Below, piece after piece: positions 12,917-26,807 of a stretch of DNA of 64,000 nucleotides (the first letter of the stretch is position 1; each line of letters starts with the position of its first letter). The stretch is from positions 5,192,336-5,256,335 of the forward strand of contig NW_002060948.1 in NCBI RefSeq assembly GCF_000150275.1. Direction: 5' to 3'. A program made the translations under genes and the position numbers. The notes beneath the pieces were generated by a model that was given only the letters and a program-made list of their open reading frames with translations, was not told the DNA's origin and searched no databases. This DNA is from Trichoplax adhaerens (taxonomy: Eukaryota; Animalia; Placozoa).

Positions 12917-15900
12917 ATGACTTTATCCATCTCAAGACTATGCGTACTATTTATTTTACTGGCAATTTACTCATGCCAGTTATCAACAGCTTGGTGGCCA
13001 TTCTCTTCAGGAAGTGGAAAAATTCAAGGGCAACACAGTAAAGAAGAAGAAGATGAGTTGAAGCAATCCGTTGACGTTCGACTTGTACCATTTGAAGTAA
13101 AGAGTGCAGACGATAAATTTATCAAGGATGCCGATTCCTATGTTACATTATCTCGGCTAGATTTTTGTAACTTGAGGGTAAGAGCAGAATATGCCCGTTT
13201 AAATTTGAATGGAAATTTTAAAATGATCATTTGTCATATGGCTTGAATCATGTGCATGACTGTATAGTATATTTTCCTTTAATTATGCATACAACACTAG
13301 AGATAGAATTGCTATTAAGTGTCGCAGCGCCTGCATGTTGTTAAAACTCTAAAACACACAAAATTGAGAAATTAAATTTATGGCAATATAATTACTGTAA
13401 GCACTTATTAGGCATACACCTATTATTAATAGACCAGTACCTTTTCATAAGCACAAACCAACCAAGTACAGAAAATGGACAGTAATTCAAATTAAAATAA
13501 AATAATACCCATACCAAACTGAAGAGTTGACACAGTGCTAACTCAATGCAATAAAGTTGTAATCTAATTATTCAGAATGATTACTCTTCTCCCGCAAAGT
13601 GTACGAGTGTATAAGCTAATTAAAGCATGATAAAATGGTATCTGTTAACCGTTTAGTGCTATGATATTTTGTTATTGAAGAAGATATGTCTGTGATAGCC
13701 ACAGATTCATAGGGAAAGAGATTGAACCAAATGCTTAATAGAATTAACTCGGACTTGATATGCTTAAAAGTTTAAGACTATACACTTTCGAATTTTCGGT
13801 ACTTTATTTTTTTTTTTTCATACAATATCAGATCAACAGTATTTTCTTCTTTCTGAGTACATTCCTAATGAAAGTAGAAAAATCAAATCATGACATTATC
13901 ATATTATTTCTAGATACAGTAGATAGGCTTTAATAACATTAGATAAGAATGTACTAAATTATCGCTCTACAATTAGAAAATTTAAAATTTATAGTAATAA
14001 ATTAGCAAGCACCTGTGCTAAACGTAACTTTTAAATAATAAGCATAAGATTATATTAAACTTCGTATGTTAATAAAATAAAATTGGAACTTTTATGGCGC
14101 AGGAGAGTAGTAGAAGCTGCCATATTGAGTGATTTTAGCCACAGCATTCTAAATGGTATTAGTTAAGGGTAATCTGGCAACCACAATTTATTGTATTTTT
14201 GTATTATGCATTAACTCTACCAAGGATAATTAATTTTCGAAATACTAAACTCAATATATAATATACTGCCAATCTCACGATTATCCCTTGAAATAAAATT
14301 GTCCGCATTCTCTTTCAACTTTCATTTAGACAATTGATCAACTAAAGAAATCTTGCGGTGATATTTCTGATGAAGAATTAGCGAAATTAAGTGTGGCTCT
14401 ACTTAATTGTCAATCTAAGATAGAAGGGCGCAAGACTTACCTCTGCACCAATGATATGGTAGTGTACATTATCAGCTTAGTTACATTGAAACTTTATCCT
14501 GTACAACTAGCATATCCATAACTTGATTTGCCCGTAGTAGAACAAAGGCTGGAAAAAATTTTCCAAGCGTCGTTCTCGTCTTAAAACATGTTATTTTTAT
14601 ACGTTATTGTCGTATCTCGTTTTTGGTTTGATTTTTCCCTTGGTGTTAATAATAAGACCATAGGTGAATGCACACAATCGATGGATCCAGATACCTGGAA
14701 TGCTTATCATATAATTAGCAATCGTGCAAGATCTGTTTGCTATGCTACAAGACAACAACATTTTCGACGACAGACTGAATATACCATTAATCGTTTAGCT
14801 GAAACATCGCAAAATCAGTTGTTGCTAATGTATACTTTGCAGGTAAGCTATTGATGATATTTATAATCGGATTCAACGAGTACCCATCGTTGGCATAATT
14901 TCTGACAGTTAATCTCAATAACAACATAGTAATTCGATAGTAGATTATACAATACCTATTTTCGAAATAGATGTCTTAATATAAGTACTAATTTAGAAAT
15001 AATTCAAACTAGATTATCGTTAGTCCAAGTATAATCGAATCTGTAGTGGTTAGATCAACTTTCTGTCTAACAAGATTTCTTAAAGGCAACACACTAATAC
15101 AGCCAATGTGGATCTAGGTTATCATTTATTTTAGCAAGTTTAATATTGTTCAATATGATTCATATTTTACAATCGCGACGCATTTATACATTGTAGTGGT
15201 GCTCAGGCAGTCATAGTTAAGAATATGCAGATTAATTAATTAATATAAATGGTCTACCGAGCATTAATTTAGTAGTGGGTAAAAATAAGATCTGCAGAAG
15301 TAAAACATGTTTGTGTTTGATTATATCACACGAAGACAAGTACTATTGAATTTATAAATTAATCTATAGTCGAAAGGCACATCTTGAGTCTGAATCTTTC
15401 ACCGCTTTTATCCTTATGTATAACTAAGTGGAACTTTGACATCTTGTTTTGTTACCTTTTTATTTGAATATTAACTTGAAATTATGAATTTTGTAATAAA
15501 GGATCAGTATATGGTATTGGGTAGGTCAGTGAATATAACTATGAATACTGTCCATCATGGGCAGCAAGATCTTCTCAACCGAAATGAAATATTACGAGTG
15601 GAGCAAGCAGAGATTGAATCATCATTGAAGAGAACTTTAAAGCAATTAGCCGTTGAAAAAGAGTTGACTATAGAGCGACAACTCCAGCTAAGGACATTGA
15701 CAACGTCTCTGAAGGGAAGTTTAGGTAAAATCGCATTTGCAAAGGAAGTAATCTGTATAACATGCTACATATTAATTTTTCCTTTTCTATCCGACGATTA
15801 GAGAATACAGCTAGTGTAATGAAAAGGCAAGAGTTAGACCGCAATATAAGCCTGGAAAAGGTTTTAGAAAGCTTGTCTAAAATTGAATACAAAGCCAAAA

Positions 15901-17469
15901 TGGCTTGGTATGAAATTGGTGAGCCAAATAAAATACATTTTATTTTATCGTAATGAAATAACTTAAGGTTACACGCTGTCAAGATAGATTGCTAGTACTA
16001 CACTTCCTCTTAAAAGACTTTGAATAGCCAGTTATTGAGGCTATTAGAGCGCAGTAGACGTTTGCAAATGGAATATTTAACAGTTGTCACAAGTGTCGTA
16101 AATCACACCTTATGTGATAGCTTACGGATACCTTTATTAAGAAGGTTCCACTCTGATTTCAAACCTAATTCAATATCGCGGATATTCCATTAACATTTCA
16201 TTGATATGACGAAAATGAATCGGAAATTTTAACTTAATTAATAATCGTAGCTGGTGTAATTACTGTTATGCTGATAAAACGCTGTATATTTTAAATTGTT
16301 TTGAGGTAAATGAAAACTTCTAAAAAGATTTAATGACTAGTTATGCCTAAATCAGTTGAAATAACTTACTATCATTTCAGACAAGAGTACCTCACAAATC
16401 ATCCACTATCATCACGAAGTTACACAACATTACATACACACTTTGGAAAATTTGAAACGATTAAATCAAACTATAACTTTTATTATGCGAGTTTATGAAA
16501 TTCTACGTTACAAGATCGAAAATCACTTAGGTAAGTAATCCAAGAAAGAGAGAATTAAAGTAAATCGGTCATGTGAAATGTCTTAAATTATAATTTCTGG
16601 ATGTATCGTATCTTTTCTGTAGATCAATTTGCAGACATTCTGGGGTACCAAGGTGATAAAGTATCTTTGATAACAATGTGTTTTATACATTCCGTTTATA
16701 TACTCATCGCTATCGTCATCTTGAAGTTCATTGATATCCCAGCAGTCTTAAAATTAGGCATTATGGCACTTATTGCAATCAATGCTTTATCTAAACTACG
16801 GAATGGCAAAAGCATCCGCCTAATCAGCATTACCTATCTCTTATTGATCATTATCTGCAGTAAGTTTTTAACTTTAACCTTACATTATGACTTCGTTTTT
16901 GATTCAATAACAACGAATAAGTTATTTTAATTCTGATGTTTTAAATACTAATCAATCAATTTGATACTTTATAATCTTAAATAGTTCATCGACTGATTGT
17001 CAAGTTATATCAAATCTATCGGAAAAATCATCTTGTTAATCCAGTTGATGCAGTTTTAACAACGCCACAGCCTATAAAAAATCATTATAATAATTCCTTC
17101 AGTGATACTGATTATAGCGCAAATTCAACGCCCAAGAATGGTAGGGTTTATAAGAAGTTATCGTGGACCCAGACGCCGGATTATTATCCAATGGAAGAGA
17201 ATTATACAACGCTCCTCCAGGCTTTCAAAAAAGAAATGGTTAACGGTATTAACGAATCCAATCATAGCAGTAGTAGTGAGAAAGTTGTTAATGGTCTATC
17301 ACCACTTGTTCCCAGTGCTCAAGTGAGCGATGCCGATGATCCTAGCGCTAAATGGACCTTCAAGAATCCACGTTGCCAAGCAAGTACTACAACTGGAAGG
17401 CAGTGTAGATTGCCAAGTGTTGCAGGCTATGATCGATGCTATCGACATAAGCAAACTGCGAAAAAATAA
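12917..17469 (+). CDS. bmb: Brambleberry-like (KAR5/GEX1/BMB family) nuclear-envelope fusion protein, multi-exon
   Basis: A signal peptide followed by WWPF (12917-). The Cys-rich domain exons read LKKSCGDISDEELAKLSVALLNCQSKIEGRKTYLCTNDM (14330-14458) and TIGECTQSMDPDTWNAYHIISNRARSVCYATRQQHF. Coiled-coil exons follow (15.5-16.5 kb), then hydrophobic TM segments (16623-16860) and a C-terminal RCQASTTTGRQCRLPSVAGYDRCYRH motif. Stop is TAA at 17467-17469. Confidence 0.9.
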
Positions 17470-20231
17470 ATTGCCGCGTTGACTATTAAGATATTTACTA
17501 CTCAACTGTCCAACATCCATGTCTAGTGAGCAAAGTAGAATAGATAGCTGAGGGAATTTATTATACCAAGATCATGTTATTTACCTTTTCATCTAACTAT
17601 CAGATTTGAACAGTTTACCTCTCATCGGAGTTCATTAATTTCAATATAATCGACGCCTGGTGTTGTCTGCCATGATTTTTATATATATCTAAATCGATCA
17701 TTTACTTAATGTACTGTAATTGCTTTCATTCACTAACTTAGTAGAATACTTGTAAGTACCTCGTGAAATGGATACTTTAATTTACAACAGGGATTAAATA
17801 CAAGGAAATAAGTTGTTGCTGTTTCGCACCAATGTATGATATTCAAGAATTATTTCATCAAACTTAGCCCATGTAAAGATTAAAAGGCGCATGTGGCTAT
17901 ACTGTATATGTACGTGCTGTTTAATTTGCTTAAAAAATGCTAGGTGAAAGTGGTTCTGTTTCATTAGCAATGAAAAGCAGTTAATATAGCACTTGCACTT
18001 AATTGATATTTCAGCGGTTAAACCTATCTCAACAATTCCTAACCGATTGGCTTTTATTGCTATGGAAGTTTAAAGTGATATGTGCTTTACTCTCTGTCGA
18101 ATATAATCTTTACGTTAAATTGTTTTCTGCACATAAATATTGGTAACTTTTGATGGTTATGACCTGAACCTTGGAGTGTACAACTATAATAAATAGAAAA
18201 AATAGTGTAATATTACTTACTCACATTGGAAGAATAGAGTTGTATTGTATCCAAAAATTGATCATTGCGACATGCTGTATTCTCTTAATAGTTACAAAGT
18301 CATCTCTTGTATTTGAAATTTTCATTCATCTTCCAATTAGTTAAGTAACATTTCAACAGCAAATTTCTGTAGCCTTTTAGACTTTGCCTAGGGTTTATCA
18401 ATAATCTGACATTGTAACGGTAACTGTTGACGGTTATATGAAGAAAAATTTCAATAAGTATCGAATGTAGGTATAACGGTGCAGCATTAATGAAGGCTAT
18501 CAGTTTACAAGAACCTAACTTAACCTTATACGTATACATGGATTTCTAAAATTACGATATTACTATATCTCACTAATTAGAAATGAATTACAGTAGTTGT
18601 CGAATAAACGTAGTTACTATCTTACAAATTAACGCACGATAATTGATTTTAAAACGAGAAGTGAATTGTTCCTCCTAAAATTCACCATCACGATCATTGG
18701 TCGTATAACGAGATATAGATTGTTTATTTCTTATGTACTACCCTGAAGATTGAGCTTACAAAAGCCAAAAAAATTTTTAATTCATTTGACGTTAAAATTA
18801 ATCGGAAATATTTCACGATATTTCGTGGATTATAACCTAAAATAGGGTAGATTGCATCTCTAAGATATCAATATTATTCGATGATCTTTATGACTGTCAT
18901 CGATTTAGTAAATTATTATAATTGTTTCTTTATGACAGATTAGTACTCTGTTTCAACTAATATCCCTTGAGACATGGAAAACGAAATCAATCATTTTATT
19001 ACCAAGCCAAACCTTACTTCAATTTTTGAAGTAGTGATTATTTTAGTTGAGAGCCAGCATAAAATTCACTCCATACTAAGGATTAATACCGAGATAAATG
19101 TTGCTATTCAAGTTTCGGGTACCAATGTATTCAAAAAGTTTATGCAGCACGTTAGAAAATTCAACAATCCAGCTATGTTATGGACTACTTTAACCAATGC
19201 CAATCAGTAAATAATTACGGTAACTTGTTGCCAACAACTAAATGTAAAACAACTCTAGATTTTATTGGCGGTAGGTAGGAATTATGGCATCTTTTCTTTA
19301 CCAATCCTATGCCAAACGGTCATATTTTACGGATAATATTCGGCATTACCTTTCCAATATCCCATATATTCATTATTGCTGCATAATAATTACAACAAAT
19401 AAGATAAATGATAAAGCAATGAAACATTTAAAGGCTAAAAAGTGAAAAAATCTTACTGACTGCTAGGATAAAAGGGCGATAAAGGTTTAGAAGGTGTGCA
19501 GCGATTTCAATTTCTGAATGATCATTACTGTATAGGTAAAAGATAACCGTAACTATATGCTACAGTGTATTCTATATGGAATTTATGCTTGATCATATTA
19601 CATATAGCCTCATGATTAAATATAGTTCGGAGTTTACAACACCCAGGTTTAGATTTTCAGGAACTAAATTATGCAATGACTAAGCTAAACAGTGATAGAT
19701 ACTACAGGCATATTGTTTCTGAAACCGAAGTACTTAGTTATATCATTGATAACGGATTATCCCAAAAGTAAAAATGGACTCAACTATAAGTGCAATATTA
19801 GATCGCTCAAACATAATCGTCGCAAGGCCGTAACATTTAAATAATGCTAGCGATTAATTTTTTTGGCGAAATGAGCTTAAATCAAAGCTGTTATGATATT
19901 ATTTGTCACAGTATTCCGTGAAACTTAAATGTTTAGCAATAGTCTCATCAATGGTTTGTGCCAAGGGTAAAGAAGCATTCACCTAAGTTATATGAGCAGG
20001 CAATGAAGTAGTAAGATCGAAGTTCGCACTTTTATAGTCATATAGTATTTATTTTATGATCAAAATGAGGAGTCAGCTATACAAAATTCGCCTAGGCTAC
20101 GCAGAATAATGATCTATCGATATAAACTAAATTTATCTTGCCATAGTGACAAATGGAATAATTAATTTTATTCTAGTTCATTTTGTTGGATAACTTTAAT
20201 AAAAATAAGGAAATTAATTACAAGCTAATTC

Positions 20232-23200
20232 TTACTCATAGATCATCGTGTTTACGCCGGCATCTCGTTGATTTCCACTCATCGTACTCGACACAGATTT
20301 TGGGTGATATTGGTTGTCTAGGATTTCACTATTCTTGTCCACTACATCAGAGAAACCATGAGCATTACTTTCGTGGCTATGTGACCAAGCATAAGACACA
20401 GTCTGCGGTGATGGTTGCCCCACTTGATCAGTTTGGACTTCCATCTCTATATTATGAATCCTATCAAGATTGTAATTATTAGCACATACAGCGATAGAAT
20501 TGGGGTCTTGCTCATCATATTACGTGAAAGATTTACCCATCATTTGAATTACTATCTTCGGAAGGTGCTCCTATGTAAAGGTTACTACTCTATGGATATC
20601 AATAAAACCAATACATAATTATGTAGGTGAAGTACTTGGCCGTAAATATTGTAGCAATTTTTTATAAAGTGCTAATTTATAGCCAATGAAGATATCTAGA
20701 AACGTCAATATTTCTTTTAAAGCAATTTCAATTTACTCTACCTGTCGCCTGTATAGGCAATTCCAACATATTATGATAACTCCCTAACAAGTAGATCAAA
20801 TAAATTTCAAGGCAATATAAAACTTTAAATAGCATGACTCACAAAAGTCGTGCAAGACAGTTAACTTTATGTAGATCAAGGTTAAAATTGAATTCCTTTT
20901 TTGATTCAGTACGGTAAGAATCTATTACTCAAGAATGAAGTACTGCACCTATTTAACTATCTGAAAGGCCATGAAGACGAAATTAGAATTATTGTAATTT
21001 AACATTCATGAGCTGCTAATACTTTTCAGTGCATCTAATTAAACTGTACAATAGGATTGAAAGTACCAGGAGCTTCTTCTTACAATGAACCATTAAATAA
21101 ATTGATACTTTTTTGCATCAATAACTATCAAGTATATTTTGTAAAATAGTGGTTCAATATTAATGCTGATAAAGATACTTACGTAAGCTATCATGAGCAC
21201 ATCATTAGGTACATCAATTTGCTGGGATGGATGGCTGAATGCAGCTGCACGCGTTAGCCAACCACATCCGATCAGAATGACTAGAAAGCAGTCAACTATT
21301 ATCGTTGTTCTAGTTTTTATAATAGTTAAATCAATCAGTGGTATAACAAATGGATTTAAAAAGTAGCTAAGATTAAAATTTATTATGGTGAAGTTCATAA
21401 ACTAGAACAGTGAATTACTTGCATGATCATAAGAAAAGAGATGTCGTTAGACTCACTTGAATTTTTCTTTCTTTAGTATTTCCCGTTCTTCTAGACTTAA
21501 TTTTTGATAGGCGCTGTAGTAAGTATATAGGAGTATGAGGCTAACCTGCGAAAGGTGAGATACGTATTTATTGTAATATGAGTAAGTACGTAGTTGCAAA
21601 TTAGTAAATCCTATGTTAGCCTACGGAAGATAAAACATTACTTCCATCGCAGAAATGATTATAATAATTGGATATAACTTGCTAACTAAATTGTAGCTTG
21701 TTATGAATGATGAAAAATAAAAGCGAACGGTAATTATAATTATATACGGATATACAGAATTTGTCATGTTTGAATATTGTTACTAAACTTACCGCCGATA
21801 AGATGGACACAGGGATTATCATGATGTATTCAATATTCCTAGGGCTTATCCAGCAACTGTAATCAAAATAGCATTAAACTTAATTTTAATATTGTTAACA
21901 ATATGGGTAGTGCTATACTTTTAAATGGAATAGAGCACCATAAAAATGAGTAAACCATTTGACCTTAAACTTACAATGGCGGCAAGACGATATTCGGGTA
22001 CAGCGTTGCAATGATAATAATCGTCAATACGAGTGGCGTACCTTCAAGATACAATTAAAAAATAATTAAGCTATTTACTCTATTAGGAGTTAAATGGATG
22101 ACATATCGTCTATTTTCAATTTTTAGAAGCACTCAGTACCAATATTTTATTTTATGGACTTCTCATTAAAGATATAGCAACTGACATGATAGTAAAGAGC
22201 TATGTAATCGATATATCACTCTGCGGTAGTGTCTACGCTATGCAATTTCTAGTGATCAACTATATCATAAATGTTAGTTGTTATCTCGTGATCCCGTTAA
22301 ATTAACTTGTGTACATTATACTTTCGTACATTTTAAGTTGTAAGTAAGATCTGATACAACTATATTTTTTTCGTGTACTATCCTTTTCATCTATTAATTA
22401 AATATAACCGAATATCTATGATATGAATTTCTATCACAAGTATTGTGAATGGTTAGTTATGGTTTTCGATCATCTCACAATTAATTAATGAAATAATCTA
22501 CTGATGAAGACTACTCTAATAGAGATTCATCATGGTATGCTCTCCTAACTTAACTTCATTATCCTATTTAACGGACTTACCATATCCATAAATAAAATAG
22601 CGGGAAATTTTGTATTGTTTAAAACGACCCAATTTTGTAGTTATGGAAATGTTGATTTCGATAGATGTCCAAGTACAAGTAGCCATGATGAAGAAATAGG
22701 TTAAAGACGCTACTGCTGAACACCCAGTCTGTTTATAGCAGTTATTGCAACCAGAGGTAGTGATATAGTTGTAGATAGATAGTAGCAATTTAGGAAAGGG
22801 TCTATCGGCATAAATTAAGGAATGAATCAAATTATTTTAAACTTGGCTAACCGCGTTTGAGCTTATAGATAGACCATGCGCTAGCATTATGAAAAAGCAG
22901 GCCAGAGAGGAACTCGCCGTTAAGTGGACTAGTGCAAAATAACACCAGTTCCAGCTACCTCTATATTTTTGAATGAAAAGTATGCGAATAAGTTTGATCC
23001 TTTAATAACATTGACTCAACTCAGACCCGTTAGAAAAGTTAGCACAAGATCCACTAGCGAGTACCTTAACAACACATAATATGTTCCAGCAGTTAGTGCG
23101 GTACAAACTAATGCTATACCATGAGACATGTAAGTGAATTGTAGATTAACTGGTTCCGTTATCTAAACAAGAAGAAATTTTTACGAACAGTCCTTGAATT

Positions 23201-26200
23201 AATGATTAAGGTATTACAATTATATTTGTGTATCATTATCGCAGTAGCCTAATTTAAGCCATACATGCGAAATCGGCCTAGTAAAAAAAGCAAACAGATA
23301 TCAGAAGCTTACGTTGATCTTAGGTGGTGTAGTTTCGACATGCCGTGGTCGACGGTATGCTATTGTTGGAGTTGATGCAATTAATTTTTGCGATGGATGT
23401 TTAATTCTGGCCATAATCAACCCTTGATTCGCTATTACTCGAGTTAAAGATGGCGTAAATTGCGATACAGTAACAGAAGCTAAGGCAAAATCTGTTAAGT
23501 GGTTACACACACAAATAGTATGAGTATGATTAGTTGACTTTATAGTACATCCAGTATCTGACCAACCATCCCTAGAAAAGATAAAAAAAAAATTAGATAC
23601 CTTTCTTATCTTATGATTTGTTCAGTTTTATCATTAGCGATATTTATTTATTAATTGCAATGCCACTTTACCGCATACTTATATTTTACCTCCACCCTTT
23701 GATAGCAAAACTGTATGAATTACATTTTATCTATGATAGCTTTAAAATTATAATTTTGTAAAGGCAACAAATTTAAAGTATACTCTTATTACGGAACACA
23801 AAAAATATACTTCTATGACATTTCCAATTTCTATAATATTATACTACTAGAAGGCAAGTTGATTATAGCTAGATTGTAAAATGATGACGACAAGATCATG
23901 TAGTAATAAAAGGTGCTCTATTGGAATAAAAGTACCTGGTCACTAAAGTTGAAAAAACAATATCCAAGTATTTTTACTACACTGATGAATATTTAATATA
24001 ACCTACCCAGAATGATCATAATTATATTTTTGCAAAATATAAATCAGTAATTACTTGATTTTATAATCCCAGTAAACACACTGCGTTGTGTACGCATTTT
24101 GTAGGTTGTTTGCCTTCCAAAGCTAGAAAAAGTGAAGAATAACGAGCGCTGTTAATTATTCATAATTGAACATTTATTTAGGACACTTGTAAAAGCTTCT
24201 ACGAATTGAATCTTTCTACGTGTATAAAAATAGCATACTAGCTTGTGTTTGAAAGTGATAGTTGCGTTTGATTTCAATGGATAGATAGATCTAGCTTTAA
24301 AACTTGCGGATATTACGTTAGAAATGATATCCTTTTCCATTTTGGATAAGAAGTCACTTTGCAAACGCCTAAATGTTGAACATTAAGATGCTAGATAAAG
24401 TAGATGTCTGTCTTAAGAAAGATTTCGTAAAATATTGCAAGAATAGTAATATTCGAAGTAGATAATTTTGCTTATCGCCTTAATAGGTAAGAAGACATGG
24501 AGCCACTTGGCCTGACCGTAATAATTAAACTGTTGCAAAAAGAAATACCTAAATCCTCCTACGAACTAATATACATTTACATTGCGAAGCAAAGATATTA
24601 TTTTATAGCTTGTTGCATTGCTATCAGATTTGATGGAACTTTGAATAATTGAAACAGGTTTGTCTATTGTTGCAACAGCTCGATTTTTACATAGAAGTAA
24701 TTATATGTGGAAGCTAAGATAATTTATTACCTCCCAAAGTTATTTCTCTTTGCTGCTATCAGATAATCCAATGTAAAATAGCGAGCGGAAAACAATAATT
24801 TATCAGGCTGACCTAATTTATAGTTAAAAATAACATAAATCAACATAATTCACAGATTATAGTAAACAAACTTAAAGTTGTTGTTCGCAGGTATAGTATG
24901 ATCATTTTGGACTTTTACAGTTTAAAATATCGTAAGGCTTTGAGCTAGAACGATGAAAAGCGATATTAATATAATTAATAGAATGTCACTTGTTTTAGGT
25001 TGATATTTTAGTTTGTACAATCATTATCATACGCAGATTTTTTATGTTGATGAACGTGCAGTATTCCTAAAATTGTAGTGATTATCACTCTGCTTGCATA
25101 TAAGTTTGGCTTATTATAATAGTCATCGCTACTGACCAGTAGTGGAGCTGATTTCGGATGGTATATTGACCGACTCTTGATTATAATCGACGTTATAAGG
25201 GCGTTGTGAGTATAGTNNNNNNNNNNNNNNNNNNNNNNNNNNNNNNNNNNNNNNNNNNNNNNNNNNTAGAAATTTAATAGTTAGTGTCTTTTTTACTCTA
25301 CCAATCCAGCAATGAGCCAATTGATTGCAAGCACGAATCAAATTCATAACGTGAATATTCTTAATAATGAAGGAAGTTTCGATTATTGTCATTACCGTGT
25401 TTGAAGTAGGCATAGACTAAATAGCTACGTTTGATTTCTATCTTAGTATTGTTTACAACCTTTAGTTTCTGTATAATATCCCAATTAGATTTTAATTCCC
25501 TTTTTAACAAATGATCCAAAATTGAAAATAGATTCTAGAATTGAAGTAATAATTAAATTCTTTATAAGTTTTCTTAGCTACGAAGGAAACTAATTCTGTG
25601 ATTAAACGCATGCAGGGTAAGCAAAATCAAAATCTTTTAAGCTTGACATAAGCATAAATTACGTTTCTGAGGCAGTCAGAAATAAAAATTCGTACAATTA
25701 CCTTAATGGAGGATGTTGACATACTACTGCAGTCACCATTTTTTGACATCTTTACCAATAAGGCATAAATTATAATCAAGTCTTTAGGAACTGGCCGTAT
25801 AGTTCCACTCGATGCCATGAAGGCTAACTGCTTTAGTGTTTGATCTATACTTAAAGTTCCTGAAAAAAACTAATTTGCAATATTTGCTGTCACAATTTTA
25901 TTATTTTGAAAAGTAGCATTTATTAGAATATTATAAATTGCTGGCTGAAAATTTGAAACAGTAAAATCTAAACTTCAATTTCCTTAGCGTCTCTTAAGCT
26001 CAATGCCATAAATACTTGCTTCTACCAACTGAATTGTGCTATGCATGATCACCTAATTTTTAGTATCACTAATTATCGTTCTTTAGTCATATAGTGATTA
26101 ATTTAAGGTTAAACGGTAAGTATTCTAACTTCGATATCCATCGTAGCTCACAGATTCAACAACAATATCGACTATAAGTTCTTACTGAAATTTATAGCCG

Positions 26201-26807
26201 TTGATTACCTGGGTTTGCAATATCCAAAGTTGCTCACGTGTATTTGCAGTAGCGTTCTTTAACGCTATCCCATAAGATTGTTGTACGGGTATGCTACTTT
26301 GGCATTGAAATCCACAGTCTAAACCGTAAATAAATGCAGAAATGGAAAATTGTCTAAAATTATAACAAGTTGCTATACAGTTCATACGATTTCTACGGTG
26401 CACTTCAATTTTAGATAAAAATAGCGCAACGATTAGTCTTAACTGTTGCAGGTAGTCTACTAAATATTATAACTATGTCATATGCAAGACACAATTTATT
26501 TGTCATGATTACCGGATTTTATCTTATAATGAATCATAGCTGCCAAGGCTTTGCCATCAAGCGATTGATTTTGCAAAAATGGTTTTAGGTTATAGAAAAG
26601 ATGGTTATTATAATATTCACTTTGGGGATAATATTTATCATGAGGAATAAAGTAGGTTGAAGCAGATGGCAATGGAACTTGTAATTCGTTAGTACACGTT
26701 AATACCAATGGATTATAACTTGCAAATGTTATAGTCCCCAAGCAGATGGCTATAAAGTAGAATGTGCGCGATATGCTACACACAGTTGATGATCTTTCAA
26801 ATTGCAT
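20232..26807 (-). CDS. Adhesion-class GPCR (GAIN/GPS + 7TM), multi-exon, divergent
   Basis: Minus-strand exons: a putative signal peptide MQFERSSTVCSISRTFYFIAICLGTITFAS (ATG 26807); the GAIN segment IISNVISASF...ATITFKH; GPS TQCVYWDYK|DGWSDTGCTIKSTNHTHTICVCNHL-TDFALA; TM1 FTYMSHGIALVCTALTAGTYYVLL; TM2 FALVHLTASSSLACFFIML; TM3 CSAVASLTYFFIMATCTWTSIE; TM4 YFIYGYGTPLVLTIIII; ECL2 CWI; then TM5-7. The exact 3' exons and stop are uncertain (20232, or about 20520). Confidence 0.85.
25217..25266. other. Assembly gap (50 N) inside a GAIN-domain exon of the GPCR
   Basis: Run of N in the sequence. Confidence 1.

Noticed and set aside
18974-19210. 78-aa ATG-started ORF between brambleberry and the GPCR
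   Set aside because: No recognisable motif or supporting splice context. The length is compatible with chance.
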